Assembly: GCA_044225365.1 (NCBI GenBank)
Contig: JBGAIQ010000001.1
Location: 32,001 to 96,000 of the forward strand
Direction of reading: 5' to 3'
Origin: Planctomycetota bacterium
GTDB taxonomy: Bacteria; Planctomycetota; B15-G4; JADJEK01
DNA length: 64,000 bases
Shown: piece by piece, positions 50,555-59,860 of the stretch
How the letters are laid out: the number at the start of each line of letters is the position of its first letter
How positions within the stretch are numbered: the stretch's first letter is position 1
Translations under genes and position numbers: made by a program
Notes under the pieces: model-generated
What the model saw: only the letters and a program-made list of their open reading frames with translations
Database searches by the model: none
Told to the model about the DNA's origin: nothing

Positions 50555-50596
50555 AGGCTCCCGTACGATGGTGTTTGTCGGTCGTCCGAATTTGTT

Positions 50597-50624
50597 TTGA
50601 CGGCGGATCTTCGACCCATACAAT
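50597..50624 (+). promoter_or_regulatory. Near-consensus sigma70 promoter
   Basis: TTGACG-16 nt-TACAAT, about 215 nt upstream of ATG 50840. Confidence 0.7.
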
Positions 50625-50839
50625 CCGCGGCGATTCTGGCTAGGCCACGTGATTCAGTGCTTTGGCAAGGGCCGACTCAGCGCCGGTGACGAACACGGTG
50701 AACCGCGGCGAGTCGCCTCGCTGCGAACGCGAGTCGAGCGAACTGCCGAAGCAGTCGCGAGAGAACGAACCTACGGCCGAGCCGCTACGAACTTGTGAAC
50801 GAGTTTCGAACGCGACGGCTCGCTTATTGAGGAACGAGA

Positions 50840-51694
50840 ATGAGCTCGATCGGAAAAATCTTCGTTGTTTTGAACCTGGTGTTCTCGCTCGTCGTGCTCG
50901 GCGTGGTCGGCGCGATCCTGGCGAAGAGCAACGAATTCAAGGGCAAGCTCGACACCGAGACTGCCTCGCACAAGTCCGACGTCGACAACGCGGCGAAGGA
51001 GAAGGCGACCCTCAGCGGTGACATCGCGCGCCTCCAGGCCGACAAGCGCGGCAACGAAGAGAAGATCGCGGGCCTCGACGCCCAGGTGAAGAGCCTCGAG
51101 GGCGACAAGGCCAAGCTCAGCGCCGACATCGACACTCTCCGCGGCGACATGAGCAAGCTCCAGGCCGACTATCAGAAGTTCACGAGCACGCTCGCCCAGG
51201 TGACGACGCACAATGAAGCGCTCACCAAGGAGAACGGCGAGATGCGCGAGGCCAAGCATGCGGCCGAGGCGAAGCAGAACGCCGCAGAGCAGGACCTCGC
51301 TCGCGCCAATCAGTCGATCGAAACGATGAAGAGCGAGACCGAGCAGCTCAAGAAGCAGATCGAAGAGTGCGAGGCCCAGAAGGGTGATCTCGCGGGTCAG
51401 ATCGAAGCGGCCATCCAGGCCGGGTTCGACATCTCGAAGGTCCGCGCGCAGCCCGCGATCGACGCGGTCGTCCAGAGCGTGAACCACCAGCTCAACCTCG
51501 TCGTCCTCTCGGTCGGCTCCGATGTCGGCGTCACCAAGGGCATGAAGTTCTCGATCCATGGCGGCGGTCAGTTCAAGGGCGAGGTCGTCGTCGACAACGT
51601 CTATCCGGACAACTGCTCGGCCCACATCCTTCCGAACGTGAAGGGCACCGAGGCGGGCATCGCGAACAACGACAAGGCGACGACGCGGCTTTGA
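50840..51694 (+). CDS. Membrane-anchored long coiled-coil protein with a C-terminal small beta domain (FlgT-C/MreC-like motif)
   Basis: N-terminal TM, about 165 aa heptad-rich region, C-terminal VVLSVGSDVGVTKGMKF...GEVVV; strongly biased codons. Confidence 0.85.
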   Translation: MSSIGKIFVVLNLVFSLVVLGVVGAILAKSNEFKGKLDTETASHKSDVDNAAKEKATLSGDIARLQADKRGNEEKIAGLDAQVKSLEGDKAKLSADIDTLRGDMSKLQADYQKFTSTLAQVTTHNEALTKENGEMREAKHAAEAKQNAAEQDLARANQSIETMKSETEQLKKQIEECEAQKGDLAGQIEAAIQAGFDISKVRAQPAIDAVVQSVNHQLNLVVLSVGSDVGVTKGMKFSIHGGGQFKGEVVVDNVYPDNCSAHILPNVKGTEAGIANNDKATTRL

Positions 51695-51737
51695 TCGCTG
51701 CGGCAACCCCTAACCAATTTCGAACGAGAGGTGAGCC

Positions 51738-51905
51738 ATGGCGAACGAGATGGAAAGCGCAGAAGTCGAAGGAGCGGGACAGCCGGAAGGCGGAGTTTCG
51801 CTCGAAGTCGGGTTGATTCTCGCGACGACGATTGCTCTGGTGTTGTCGATCGTCGTCGGATTCCTCGAGCTCAAGAACTACGCTGCGGGCATTCTCGCCC
51901 CCTGA
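51738..51905 (+). CDS. 55-aa single-TM small protein (absent from the ORF track)
   Basis: SD GAGGTG; MANEMESAEVEGAGQPEGGVSLEVGLILATTIALVLSIVVGFLELKNYAAGILAP*; followed by a terminator. Confidence 0.8.
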   Translation: MANEMESAEVEGAGQPEGGVSLEVGLILATTIALVLSIVVGFLELKNYAAGILAP

Positions 51906-51925
51906 TCGACAGTTCGAGGTCCGAT

Positions 51926-51970
51926 CGACACGCCGCCGCAGACCGAAAGGTCGCGGTGGCGTTGTCGTTT
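51926..51970 (+). terminator. Intrinsic terminator
   Basis: CGACACGCCGCCGCAGACC-GAAA-GGTCGCGGTGGCGTTGTCG followed by TTT. Confidence 0.7.
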
Positions 51971-52117
51971 CCATATGCTGCGCACGGCGTCATGGCGGTG
52001 ATGGTGTGCGGCGGGGCTCGATTCGTTCGCATTCTGCGAGCGGCATGATCGGTATCGAGCGGCACTGAGGACAGTGGGTCGATCGCGCGAATCGAGGTTT
52101 TGGCTGTGAGTTCTCGG

Positions 52118-53173
52118 ATGTTGCGACCTCTCGAATGGCTGATCGGTCGATTCTCGATCGACATGGGGATCGATCTCGGAACGGCCAATACGCTGGTGTG
52201 CGTTCCTGGCGATGGCATCGTGCTGAACGAGCCGTCGGTCGTCGCCGTGAAGAAGGACACGAACGAAGTCCTTCTCAACGGCAACGCCGTCGGGCACACC
52301 GCGAAGGAGATGCTCGGCCGCGTGCCGGGGAACATCCTTGCGATCCGTCCCTTGAAGAACGGCGTGATCGCCGACTTCGAGATCACGGAGAAGATGCTGC
52401 GGTACTTCATCCGCAAGGTCCACAATCGATCGTTCCTCGTGCGACCGCGCATCGTCATCTCGATCCCGTCCGGAATCACCGCGGTCGAGAAGCGCGCCGT
52501 CATCAATTCCGCCGAGAGGGCGGGGGCGCGCACGGTGTACCTCGTGCTCGAACCGATCGCGGCCGGCATCGGCGCCGGGTTGCCGATCGCGGAGCCGACG
52601 GCGAACATGATCGTCGACATCGGTGGCGGCACGACGGAAGTCGCGGTGATCTCGCTCTTCGGCATCGTCGAGGCCAAGTCGGTGCGCGTCGCGGGTGATG
52701 CGATGGACGAGGCGATCGTCGCCTACGTGAAGAAGCACCACAATCTGCTCATCGGCGAGCAGAGCGCGGAGCAGATCAAGATCCAGATCGGTTCGGCGTG
52801 GCCGCTCAAGGAAGAGAAGAAGATGCAGATCGCGGGCCGCGATCAGCAGGCGAATCTCCCGCGGCAGACGGTGATTTCGTCGGAGGAGGTGCGCGAAGCG
52901 CTCTCCGAACCCGTGAGTGCGATCATCGAAGCGATCCGCAATTGCCTCGAGCGCACTCCGCCCGAACTCGCGGCGGATCTCGTTCACAACGGAGTCACCC
53001 TCGCGGGCGGCGGCGCGCTCCTGCGTGGTCTCTCGACCGCGATCGAGAATGCGATCCAACTGCCGGTGCACGTCGCGGAGGATCCGCTCACGTGCGTCGC
53101 GCGCGGGACCGGCGTGTTCCTCGACGAGTTGGAGCTCTACTCGAAGGTCCTCGAGACGAGCGACGAACTCTAG
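52118..53173 (+). CDS. mreB: Actin-like rod-shape protein MreB
   Basis: [41 protein letters not shown]. Confidence 0.98.
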   Translation: MLRPLEWLIGRFSIDMGIDLGTANTLVCVPGDGIVLNEPSVVAVKKDTNEVLLNGNAVGHTAKEMLGRVPGNILAIRPLKNGVIADFEITEKMLRYFIRKVHNRSFLVRPRIVISIPSGITAVEKRAVINSAERAGARTVYLVLEPIAAGIGAGLPIAEPTANMIVDIGGGTTEVAVISLFGIVEAKSVRVAGDAMDEAIVAYVKKHHNLLIGEQSAEQIKIQIGSAWPLKEEKKMQIAGRDQQANLPRQTVISSEEVREALSEPVSAIIEAIRNCLERTPPELAADLVHNGVTLAGGGALLRGLSTAIENAIQLPVHVAEDPLTCVARGTGVFLDELELYSKVLETSDEL

Positions 53174-53272
53174 TCGCGCGAAGTTCTCCCGGGTGATGCG
53201 CGCGGGCGGTGCGCGATCGACCGTTCGTGGTGGACCGGAATCGCATGGCAGGCGGATTGGTTCGGGGCTTTC

Positions 53273-54583
53273 GTGGCGCGGTCAACCTCCAGATTCTCTG
53301 CCTCGGTCGCTGTCGTTGGATTCGCGCTGCTCGCGCTGACTCCCGCCGCACCCACCGCCGTTCGCCGTTGTGAAGTCGTCTTCATCCACCTCTACCGCGT
53401 CGTCGACTTCCTCGTCGCGCGCGTGCGAGCGTCCGTTCATGGGCCGCGCCCGGCCGTCGCGCCCGCACTGCCCGAAGCGATCCAGGATCAACTGCGGCGC
53501 GGCCTCGCGAGCTGGGATGCGACGCTGCGATCGGGGAACAAGACGCATTCACCGAAGTTGCTCTCCGCCATCGCGAGGATCATCTCGATCGATCGCACGA
53601 AGCGACGGCTGCTCGTCGATGCCGGCCCGGGTCGATCACTCGAGCCGGGCGACCCCGTCAGCGCCGGCGAGTTCGTCGTCGGTCGAGTTGCGCATGCGCA
53701 GGACGGCGTTGCGGTCGTCGAGACTCCGTGGACGCCGGAGGCGCGGTTCGCGGGATCGTGCTTGTCGGAGGGTGCGTTCGCCGGCCCGGTCCGTTTCGTG
53801 ATGCGCGGACTCGATCGCGAAGAGGCGGTCGCCGCCGCCACCAATCCCGAGCGACGCGAAGGGCTGCGCGATGGGGCGCTGGTCGAGGTTCCCGCGCTCG
53901 ACGATCTCCTTCCCCCCACCGTCGCACGCCTTCCCGAGAAGCTCGTCCTCGGGCGCCTCAAGGTCGACGAGTGGCTGCTCAAGGCGAGCGGCGAGGTCGC
54001 GTATCTCGTCTACCCCGCGATCGACCTCGAGATGCTCGATGCCGTCGCCATCGGAGTCCCGCGCGACCGCAAGCATCCGTTCCGGGACAAGGAATTCGAG
54101 GTCCATGAGTCGACGACGCTGTCGTGCGGATTGCTGTCGAGCTGGCGCGACGGGTCCGCGCTGATCGCCTACGACGTGCCCGTCGGCGCGGCCGTCCTCA
54201 CCGAAGGGCGACTCACGGGCACGGTCGAGGACAGCCTGCTCGGCGCGGTGCGCGTGCGGGGCATCTTCGATCCCGGTCGTTCGCTCTCGGTGCTCGTGAT
54301 CGGCCAGGACGAAGCGTTTCCGGCCCTCGTCGACGTGATCGGACACGCTCACGACCGGGCCCGGCTTCGCGTGACTCGCTTGCCGCAGAACCGCAGGTTG
54401 GCGAAGGGGGATCTCCTGGCGACCGCCGGGAAGGGCCCGCACATCGAGCGCGGCCTGCTGCTCGGCCAGGTGATCGGTGTCGATGGCGATGTCGTCGAGG
54501 TCGACGCGCCCACCCCAGAGCGGGGCAGTCCCTCGACCGTGGCGAGCCGCGACGGGTATCCCGCGAATCCGTGGGGGAGCTGA
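53273..54583 (+). CDS. mreC: Divergent MreC-like protein with an apparently duplicated beta-barrel region
   Basis: Lies between mreB and mreD; two MreC-like modules (LLVDAG...GDPV...VVGRV and VGAAVL..GRLTGTV...GDLLATAGKG...GLLLGQV); start uncertain. Confidence 0.65.
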   Translation: MARSTSRFSASVAVVGFALLALTPAAPTAVRRCEVVFIHLYRVVDFLVARVRASVHGPRPAVAPALPEAIQDQLRRGLASWDATLRSGNKTHSPKLLSAIARIISIDRTKRRLLVDAGPGRSLEPGDPVSAGEFVVGRVAHAQDGVAVVETPWTPEARFAGSCLSEGAFAGPVRFVMRGLDREEAVAAATNPERREGLRDGALVEVPALDDLLPPTVARLPEKLVLGRLKVDEWLLKASGEVAYLVYPAIDLEMLDAVAIGVPRDRKHPFRDKEFEVHESTTLSCGLLSSWRDGSALIAYDVPVGAAVLTEGRLTGTVEDSLLGAVRVRGIFDPGRSLSVLVIGQDEAFPALVDVIGHAHDRARLRVTRLPQNRRLAKGDLLATAGKGPHIERGLLLGQVIGVDGDVVEVDAPTPERGSPSTVASRDGYPANPWGS

Positions 54584-55053
54584 TGGCGCAGCTTCCCTTC
54601 CTCCTGATCTCGGCGTTCCTGTTCTACGTGCAGGCAACCCTCGCGCGCATGACGGATTTCTGTCCGGACATTGGACCCGTCCTCGCGGTCTATCTCGGGC
54701 TCTTCGCACGGCGCGAGCGGATCGGCATCGCCGCGCTCCTGCTCGGACTCCTGCGCGCCTCCCTCGACCTCGAACCCGCGGCGGCGATCGTGCTGCTCTA
54801 CCTCGCGGTCGCGCAGGCCGTCGTCCTGATTCGTGAAGTGGTTTACACCGACCGCATGGTCTCGCAGTGGATCGTGACCTTCGCCGGCACGGCGCTGTAC
54901 ACGATCCTCTATCGAATCGCTTCTCTCGCACTCCCGATGGGTGCGGCGAGTGGAAACGGTATGATGGGCCGCCTGGCGGTTGCGACACTCGGAGCGACGC
55001 TCGTCGCTCCTTTGATCATGAGCTTGCTGCGCGTATTGCGCGTCGGGCCATGA
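54583..55053 (+). CDS. mreD: MreD-like membrane protein
   Basis: 156-aa hydrophobic protein, PD motif after TM1, LGLL..SL; TGATG coupling; lies before mrdA. Confidence 0.75.
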   Translation: MAQLPFLLISAFLFYVQATLARMTDFCPDIGPVLAVYLGLFARRERIGIAALLLGLLRASLDLEPAAAIVLLYLAVAQAVVLIREVVYTDRMVSQWIVTFAGTALYTILYRIASLALPMGAASGNGMMGRLAVATLGATLVAPLIMSLLRVLRVGP

Positions 55054-55091
55054 CGAATTTCGGCGCGTTCGCACTGCTCGCGACGTGAGCC

Positions 55092-57398
55092 ATGATTCTC
55101 GAACGGTTGCGGTGGTTGACGTGGATCTTCGTGCTCTTGTTCGCCGTCGTCGACGCGCGACTGGCGCATCTGCAATTCGTCGCGCGTGATTTCTGGGAGG
55201 GCGAAGCCCGAGCGACACGCGAGGACGGCGAATTCGTCCCGTTCCGACGCGGCGCCATTCTCGATCGCTTCGGCAAACCCCTCGCCGTCGGCGAGATCGA
55301 TCAGACTCTGAATCTGCTCTACTCGAAGTTCCGTCGCGAGACGCCGCTCGGGCAGATCTCCGCGGGCGTGCGCACGATGATCGACGATCTCGGTCGAAGC
55401 GATCTCGAACAACCCGCGATGCACGAGATCCTGCAGCAACCGGAGCGTTGGACGCGCGCGCTGCTCTCGGAGAGTCAGGCCGATCTCGCGAAGGCGCCGC
55501 GCAGCGTTCGCTACGACTACTGGTTCTACACTCGCTCGCTCCTCGGGATGACGGAGAAGGAATTCCGAGCCGCGCGCGAGGCGACGCCGCTCGACAAGCC
55601 GTTCTCCGAACTCGTACCGGACGCGATTCCGCGTGCAGTGGCTCGCATCAAGGTCCAGGCAGATGCGCTGCGCGAGCTCGCTGCGGCGATCGGGCAGGAT
55701 CGGCCATGGCTCGTCACGACGATCGAGAACAAGCTCGCGGACCTCGAAACGCAGATCTCGAAGCAGGTCGCAGCGGCGCGGTCGAAGAGCGACGGTCAGG
55801 GTGGCGACGACCTGAAAGCGCGATCCGACGCAAAAGTGGTTCGGCCGATCCGCCAGGACTACGAGAGCCGACTCCAGTTGCTCTCACGCGGCATTCCGTA
55901 CAAAGCGGTCTTCCTGGTGAACACGACGCCGGACCGCTTCGCCGGTTTCGAGATCCGCGACATCGATTCACGGCGTTACCCGGCGAAGTACGAGAACATC
56001 GCACCGATGTTGATCGGCTGGGTCGGCGATGCGCCGCCCGCGCTCTGCGAAGTAACGCGTCAGCACGAACTGCGCCTTCGTGAACTCGAGAGCCGCGAAC
56101 CCGAGGCGATCGACGACGACGCCGCCCGCGAGATCGAGCAACTGAAGCACACGATCCGTTCCGACGACTACCGTCCCGAGGAGCAGCTCGGTCGCGAGGG
56201 GATGGAAGGCGTCCTCGAAGCGGCGCTGCGCGGTCATCGCGGCTGGAAGCGCGTGAAGCACGATCGCGCTCAGCGCGACGTCGAGCTGCTCGACGAGGAT
56301 CAACCGATCGACGGTCAGGACGTGCGTCTGACGCTCGATGCCGAACTCCAACTCGCCGCCGAGCGCGCGATGGAGCATTTCCATCATCAGGGTTCGGTCG
56401 TGCTCCTCGATCCCGAGGATGGCGCGATCCGCGCGATGGCGACGTGGCCGAATCCGACGCGCGAGCAGATCAAGAACGACTACAGCGAGCTGGTGGAGGA
56501 CAAGCTGCATCCGTTGTTCCACCGCGCGTTCCACATGCCGGGCAATCCGCCGCCGCCGGGATCGGTGTTCAAGCTCGTGGTCGCGGCCGCGGGCCTCGAG
56601 AGCGGAGTGCTCGGGGAGTTCACGGAGCACTTTTGCGCAAAGGAGTTCGACGCGCACGGGATGATTCTTCATTGTCTCTTCCACCACGGAACCCTGAGTC
56701 TGAAGGACGCGATCGAGAAGTCGTGCAATGTCTACTTCTACGAGACCGGCGCCGCGCTCGGCTATGCGCGGATCACCGACATGGCTCGTCGCTTCGGCAT
56801 CGGCACCCCGAGTGGATTCGGCGATCCGCGGAAGCTCGGACTCGGCGGTGAATCGCGCGCCGTCGTCGAGGACAAGTGGCTGCCGCCGGCGAAGAGCACG
56901 AGCTACGCGTTCACGCTGCAGAGCGCGATCGGACAGGCCGCGTTCGACGACATCACGCCCCTGCAGGTCGCGACGTTCGTCGCGCCGTTCGCCAACGGCG
57001 GCGATCGTGTCACGCCGTACCTCGTCGACCGCATCGGGGATGCGCCGGCGCCGCACACGCCGCCCGAGAAGATCGGTCTCAAGCCGTCGACGATCCGGAT
57101 CATCGATGACGCGATGAAGATGGTCGTGGAGCCGCCGCACGGAACGGCGCGTCCCGAGAACGGCCAGGACCTGCGGCTCTGGAGAGTGGCGGGAAAGACT
57201 GGCACACCGGAGGTCGAGCGCGGTGAGGACCACGCGTGGTTCGCGGGATATTTCCCCGCCGAGAATCCGACGCTCGTGTTCGCCTTCTATGCCGAAGCGA
57301 TCGGCAAGCACGGCGGCACCGTTGGACGCCCATTCATGTTCGACCTGCTCTCGCAGCCCGAGCTCGAGAGCTACGTGAAGAAGACGGTGACGAAGTGA
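55092..57398 (+). CDS. mrdA: Class B penicillin-binding protein (PBP2/MrdA) with helical insertions
   Basis: RGAILDRFG, RRYP, GREGME, GQDVRLTLD; SxxK (GSVFK), SCN, KTG motifs; HAWF. Confidence 0.93.
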   Translation: MILERLRWLTWIFVLLFAVVDARLAHLQFVARDFWEGEARATREDGEFVPFRRGAILDRFGKPLAVGEIDQTLNLLYSKFRRETPLGQISAGVRTMIDDLGRSDLEQPAMHEILQQPERWTRALLSESQADLAKAPRSVRYDYWFYTRSLLGMTEKEFRAAREATPLDKPFSELVPDAIPRAVARIKVQADALRELAAAIGQDRPWLVTTIENKLADLETQISKQVAAARSKSDGQGGDDLKARSDAKVVRPIRQDYESRLQLLSRGIPYKAVFLVNTTPDRFAGFEIRDIDSRRYPAKYENIAPMLIGWVGDAPPALCEVTRQHELRLRELESREPEAIDDDAAREIEQLKHTIRSDDYRPEEQLGREGMEGVLEAALRGHRGWKRVKHDRAQRDVELLDEDQPIDGQDVRLTLDAELQLAAERAMEHFHHQGSVVLLDPEDGAIRAMATWPNPTREQIKNDYSELVEDKLHPLFHRAFHMPGNPPPPGSVFKLVVAAAGLESGVLGEFTEHFCAKEFDAHGMILHCLFHHGTLSLKDAIEKSCNVYFYETGAALGYARITDMARRFGIGTPSGFGDPRKLGLGGESRAVVEDKWLPPAKSTSYAFTLQSAIGQAAFDDITPLQVATFVAPFANGGDRVTPYLVDRIGDAPAPHTPPEKIGLKPSTIRIIDDAMKMVVEPPHGTARPENGQDLRLWRVAGKTGTPEVERGEDHAWFAGYFPAENPTLVFAFYAEAIGKHGGTVGRPFMFDLLSQPELESYVKKTVTK

Positions 57399-58624
57399 AG
57401 TCGCGCGCGCTCGCCATCGACGACTTCGACTGGCACCTCCTCGCGGTGGCGCTCGTCCTCACGTTGATCGGCTTCGCCTTCGTCTGGTCGACGACGACGA
57501 CTCCGGAGAACGAGGGCGGTCTCCTCTATCGTCAGATGCTCTACGCCGGCGCCGCGCTCCCAATGGTCGCGGTGATGATCCGCGTGCCGTACCCGTCGCT
57601 CGCGCGGGGAATGTTGCAGACCGCGTACGTGCTCGGAATCGGTGTTCTCGTCGTCCTGCTCATGCGGCGCGGTGACGAAGTGCGCAACACGCAGGCCTTC
57701 TTTCGTCTGCCCTTCGATTTCTCGCTGCAGCCCTCCGAGTTCATCAAAGTGTTGCTCATCCCGACGCTCGCGCTCTACCTGCGCCACAAGCCCGCGCCGC
57801 GGACCGTGCGCGAGCTCCTGATTCCGACGCTCATCGTCGGTGTGCCGGCGGCGCTCATCGCGAAGCAGCCCGACCTCGGATCCGCCGTGATCCTCGTCCC
57901 CGTGCTCGCGGCCATGTTGTTCTGCGCCGGAACGCGGCTGTGGCTCATGATCTCGATCGGTCTCGTGATCGCGGTGGTCGCCGTCGCCTACTACTTCTCG
58001 CCCTTGATGTACGACTACCAGCGCGAGCGCATCCGCAGCTTCTTCCAGTCGATCCCGCAGCAGACCGAGCTCGCGCGGCAGCATCGGGCGAAGGGCGAAC
58101 ACGCGGAGGCCGAGAAGGTCGAGAAGGGCCTGCGTCAGTTGAAGCAGGGCAGCAACCTGCAGGTCTACCACGCGATGATTTCGATCGGCTCGGGCGGCGC
58201 GTTCGGCGCGGGCATCCATCGCGGCGAGCACAACAAGCTGAACTTCCTGCCCGAGCGACACAACGATTTCATCTTCGCCGTGATCGGAGAGGAGTGGGGC
58301 TACATCGGCGGCACGATCGTGCTCGCGCTCTACTTCCTGCTCGTGACGCTGATCTTGAACATTGCACGGCGCACTCGCGACACGTTCGGGCGATTGATCT
58401 GCGTCGGCGTCGCGACGATGTTCGGTTTCCAGATCTTCCTCAACACGGGCGTCGCGAGCGGCATCCTGCCCGTGACCGGTGTGACGCTGCCCTTCTTGTC
58501 GTTCGGCGGTTCGTCGATGCTCGCCTCGTACCTCGCGGTCTCGCTCGTGCTCTCCGTCGGCGCGCATCGCGTGACGGTGCTCGATGGCAATACGTTCCAT
58601 CGCCTCAGCATGAGCTCGACGTGA
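57395..58624 (+). CDS. rodA: SEDS glycosyltransferase RodA
   Basis: QPSEFIK, QPDLG, YQRER, IGSGG, LPERHNDFIF, GEEWG, PVTGVTLPF.SFGGSS; GTGA overlap with mrdA. Confidence 0.95.
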   Translation: MKSRALAIDDFDWHLLAVALVLTLIGFAFVWSTTTTPENEGGLLYRQMLYAGAALPMVAVMIRVPYPSLARGMLQTAYVLGIGVLVVLLMRRGDEVRNTQAFFRLPFDFSLQPSEFIKVLLIPTLALYLRHKPAPRTVRELLIPTLIVGVPAALIAKQPDLGSAVILVPVLAAMLFCAGTRLWLMISIGLVIAVVAVAYYFSPLMYDYQRERIRSFFQSIPQQTELARQHRAKGEHAEAEKVEKGLRQLKQGSNLQVYHAMISIGSGGAFGAGIHRGEHNKLNFLPERHNDFIFAVIGEEWGYIGGTIVLALYFLLVTLILNIARRTRDTFGRLICVGVATMFGFQIFLNTGVASGILPVTGVTLPFLSFGGSSMLASYLAVSLVLSVGAHRVTVLDGNTFHRLSMSST

Positions 58625-59718
58625 AGCCGCTGCTGCAGGGCATTCGCATCCTCGATCTCTCGCGCATCCTCGCGGGTCCCTTCGCGACCCAGCTCCTCGC
58701 CGATCTCGGCGCCACGGTGATCAAGGTCGAGCCCCTCGGCGGCGATCCGACGCGGACCTGGGGACCGCCGTTCGCGCCAAATGGGCAGAGCGCGTACTTC
58801 CGGTGCGCGAATCGCGGGAAGACGAAGATCGAGCTCGATCTGAGGTCGGAGGAAGGGCGTGCGATCGTCGACGCTGAATTGCGGAAGGCCGACGTCGTCG
58901 TGGAGAACTTCCTGCCGCGCTCGGCGCGCGACCTCGGTCTCGATGCGAAAGCGCTGCGTGCGCGCTTCCCGCGACTCGTCATCGCGTCGATTCGAAGCTT
59001 CGCGTCCGACACGGAGGCGAAGGACCGCGCGGGATACGATTTCCTGATGCAGGCCGAAGCGGGCTGGATGCAGATCACGGGCGAGGTCGACGGAAGGCCG
59101 CACAAGGTCGGAGTCGCGCTCGTCGACGTGCTCGCGGGACTGTACGCGAGCAACGCGATCCAGGCAGCGCTGCTGCATCGCGAGAGGACGAGCGAAGGAA
59201 CGCACGTCGAGATCCCGCTCTTCGAGACCGCGCTCGCCGGGCTCGTCAACGTCGGATCCTCCGCGCTGCTCACCGGCGCTCGTCCCGAGCGATTCGGCAA
59301 CGCGCATCCCAACATCGTGCCGTATCAGTCGATCCGGTGCCGCGATGGCGAGATCGCGATCGCGGTGGGGAACGATCGACAGTTCAAGGATCTCTGCGCA
59401 GCGCTGGGGATCGACGTATTGCCGGAATGGTCGAGCAACCCGGGTCGAGTCCAGCACCGTGCCGCCGTCATCGCGGCGATCGAACGCGCGACCGCGAGTC
59501 TTCTCGTCGCCGACGTCGAGCGTCTGTGCGCAGACCACGAGGTCGCGGCGGGCCCGATCCGCGGCGTGGAGGAAGCGCTAGCACTCCCGCCCGGGATGCT
59601 GCATCGCGCGGTTCACGTTCTCGCGGATCCGGCGAGTGGAGAGGGCGTTCGAGTCGTGGGATCGCCGATCCTCGTCGATGGGGATCGCGCTTGCGCGACG
59701 ACCCCGCCACCGCTTTGA
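58621..59718 (+). CDS. Family III CoA-transferase (CaiB/BaiF)
   Basis: LQGIRILDLSRILAGP, DLGA.VIKVE, NRGK, ADVVVENF, GYD, catalytic-Asp region VALVDV, GNAHP.IVPY. Confidence 0.95.
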   Translation: MKPLLQGIRILDLSRILAGPFATQLLADLGATVIKVEPLGGDPTRTWGPPFAPNGQSAYFRCANRGKTKIELDLRSEEGRAIVDAELRKADVVVENFLPRSARDLGLDAKALRARFPRLVIASIRSFASDTEAKDRAGYDFLMQAEAGWMQITGEVDGRPHKVGVALVDVLAGLYASNAIQAALLHRERTSEGTHVEIPLFETALAGLVNVGSSALLTGARPERFGNAHPNIVPYQSIRCRDGEIAIAVGNDRQFKDLCAALGIDVLPEWSSNPGRVQHRAAVIAAIERATASLLVADVERLCADHEVAAGPIRGVEEALALPPGMLHRAVHVLADPASGEGVRVVGSPILVDGDRACATTPPPL

Positions 59719-59765
59719 GTCCAATCCGCGGCGAACACTTCGTGGAACCCACCGCGCACGCTGAG

Positions 59766-59860
59766 TAGACTCCACGCGAACTCACGACCCTTCCGCAGGC
59801 GAGGGCGTCGAAGCTCCCGTGCCCGACGATTCGGGCGTCGCTCCTGCGGAGTCGTGAGGC
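59766..59860 (+). promoter_or_regulatory. Putative -10 (TAGACT) plus structured 5' leader of the BMC operon
   Basis: CTCACGAC/GTCGTGAG and TCCGCAGG/CCTGCGGA stems close a junction with GGGC/GCTC and GCCCGA/TCGGGC hairpins. Confidence 0.55.

Noticed and set aside
51731-52048. 105-aa ORF-track call downstream of the coiled-coil gene
   Set aside because: Runs through the terminator and is Arg-rich; the 55-aa frame at 51738-51905 has the SD and a TM helix
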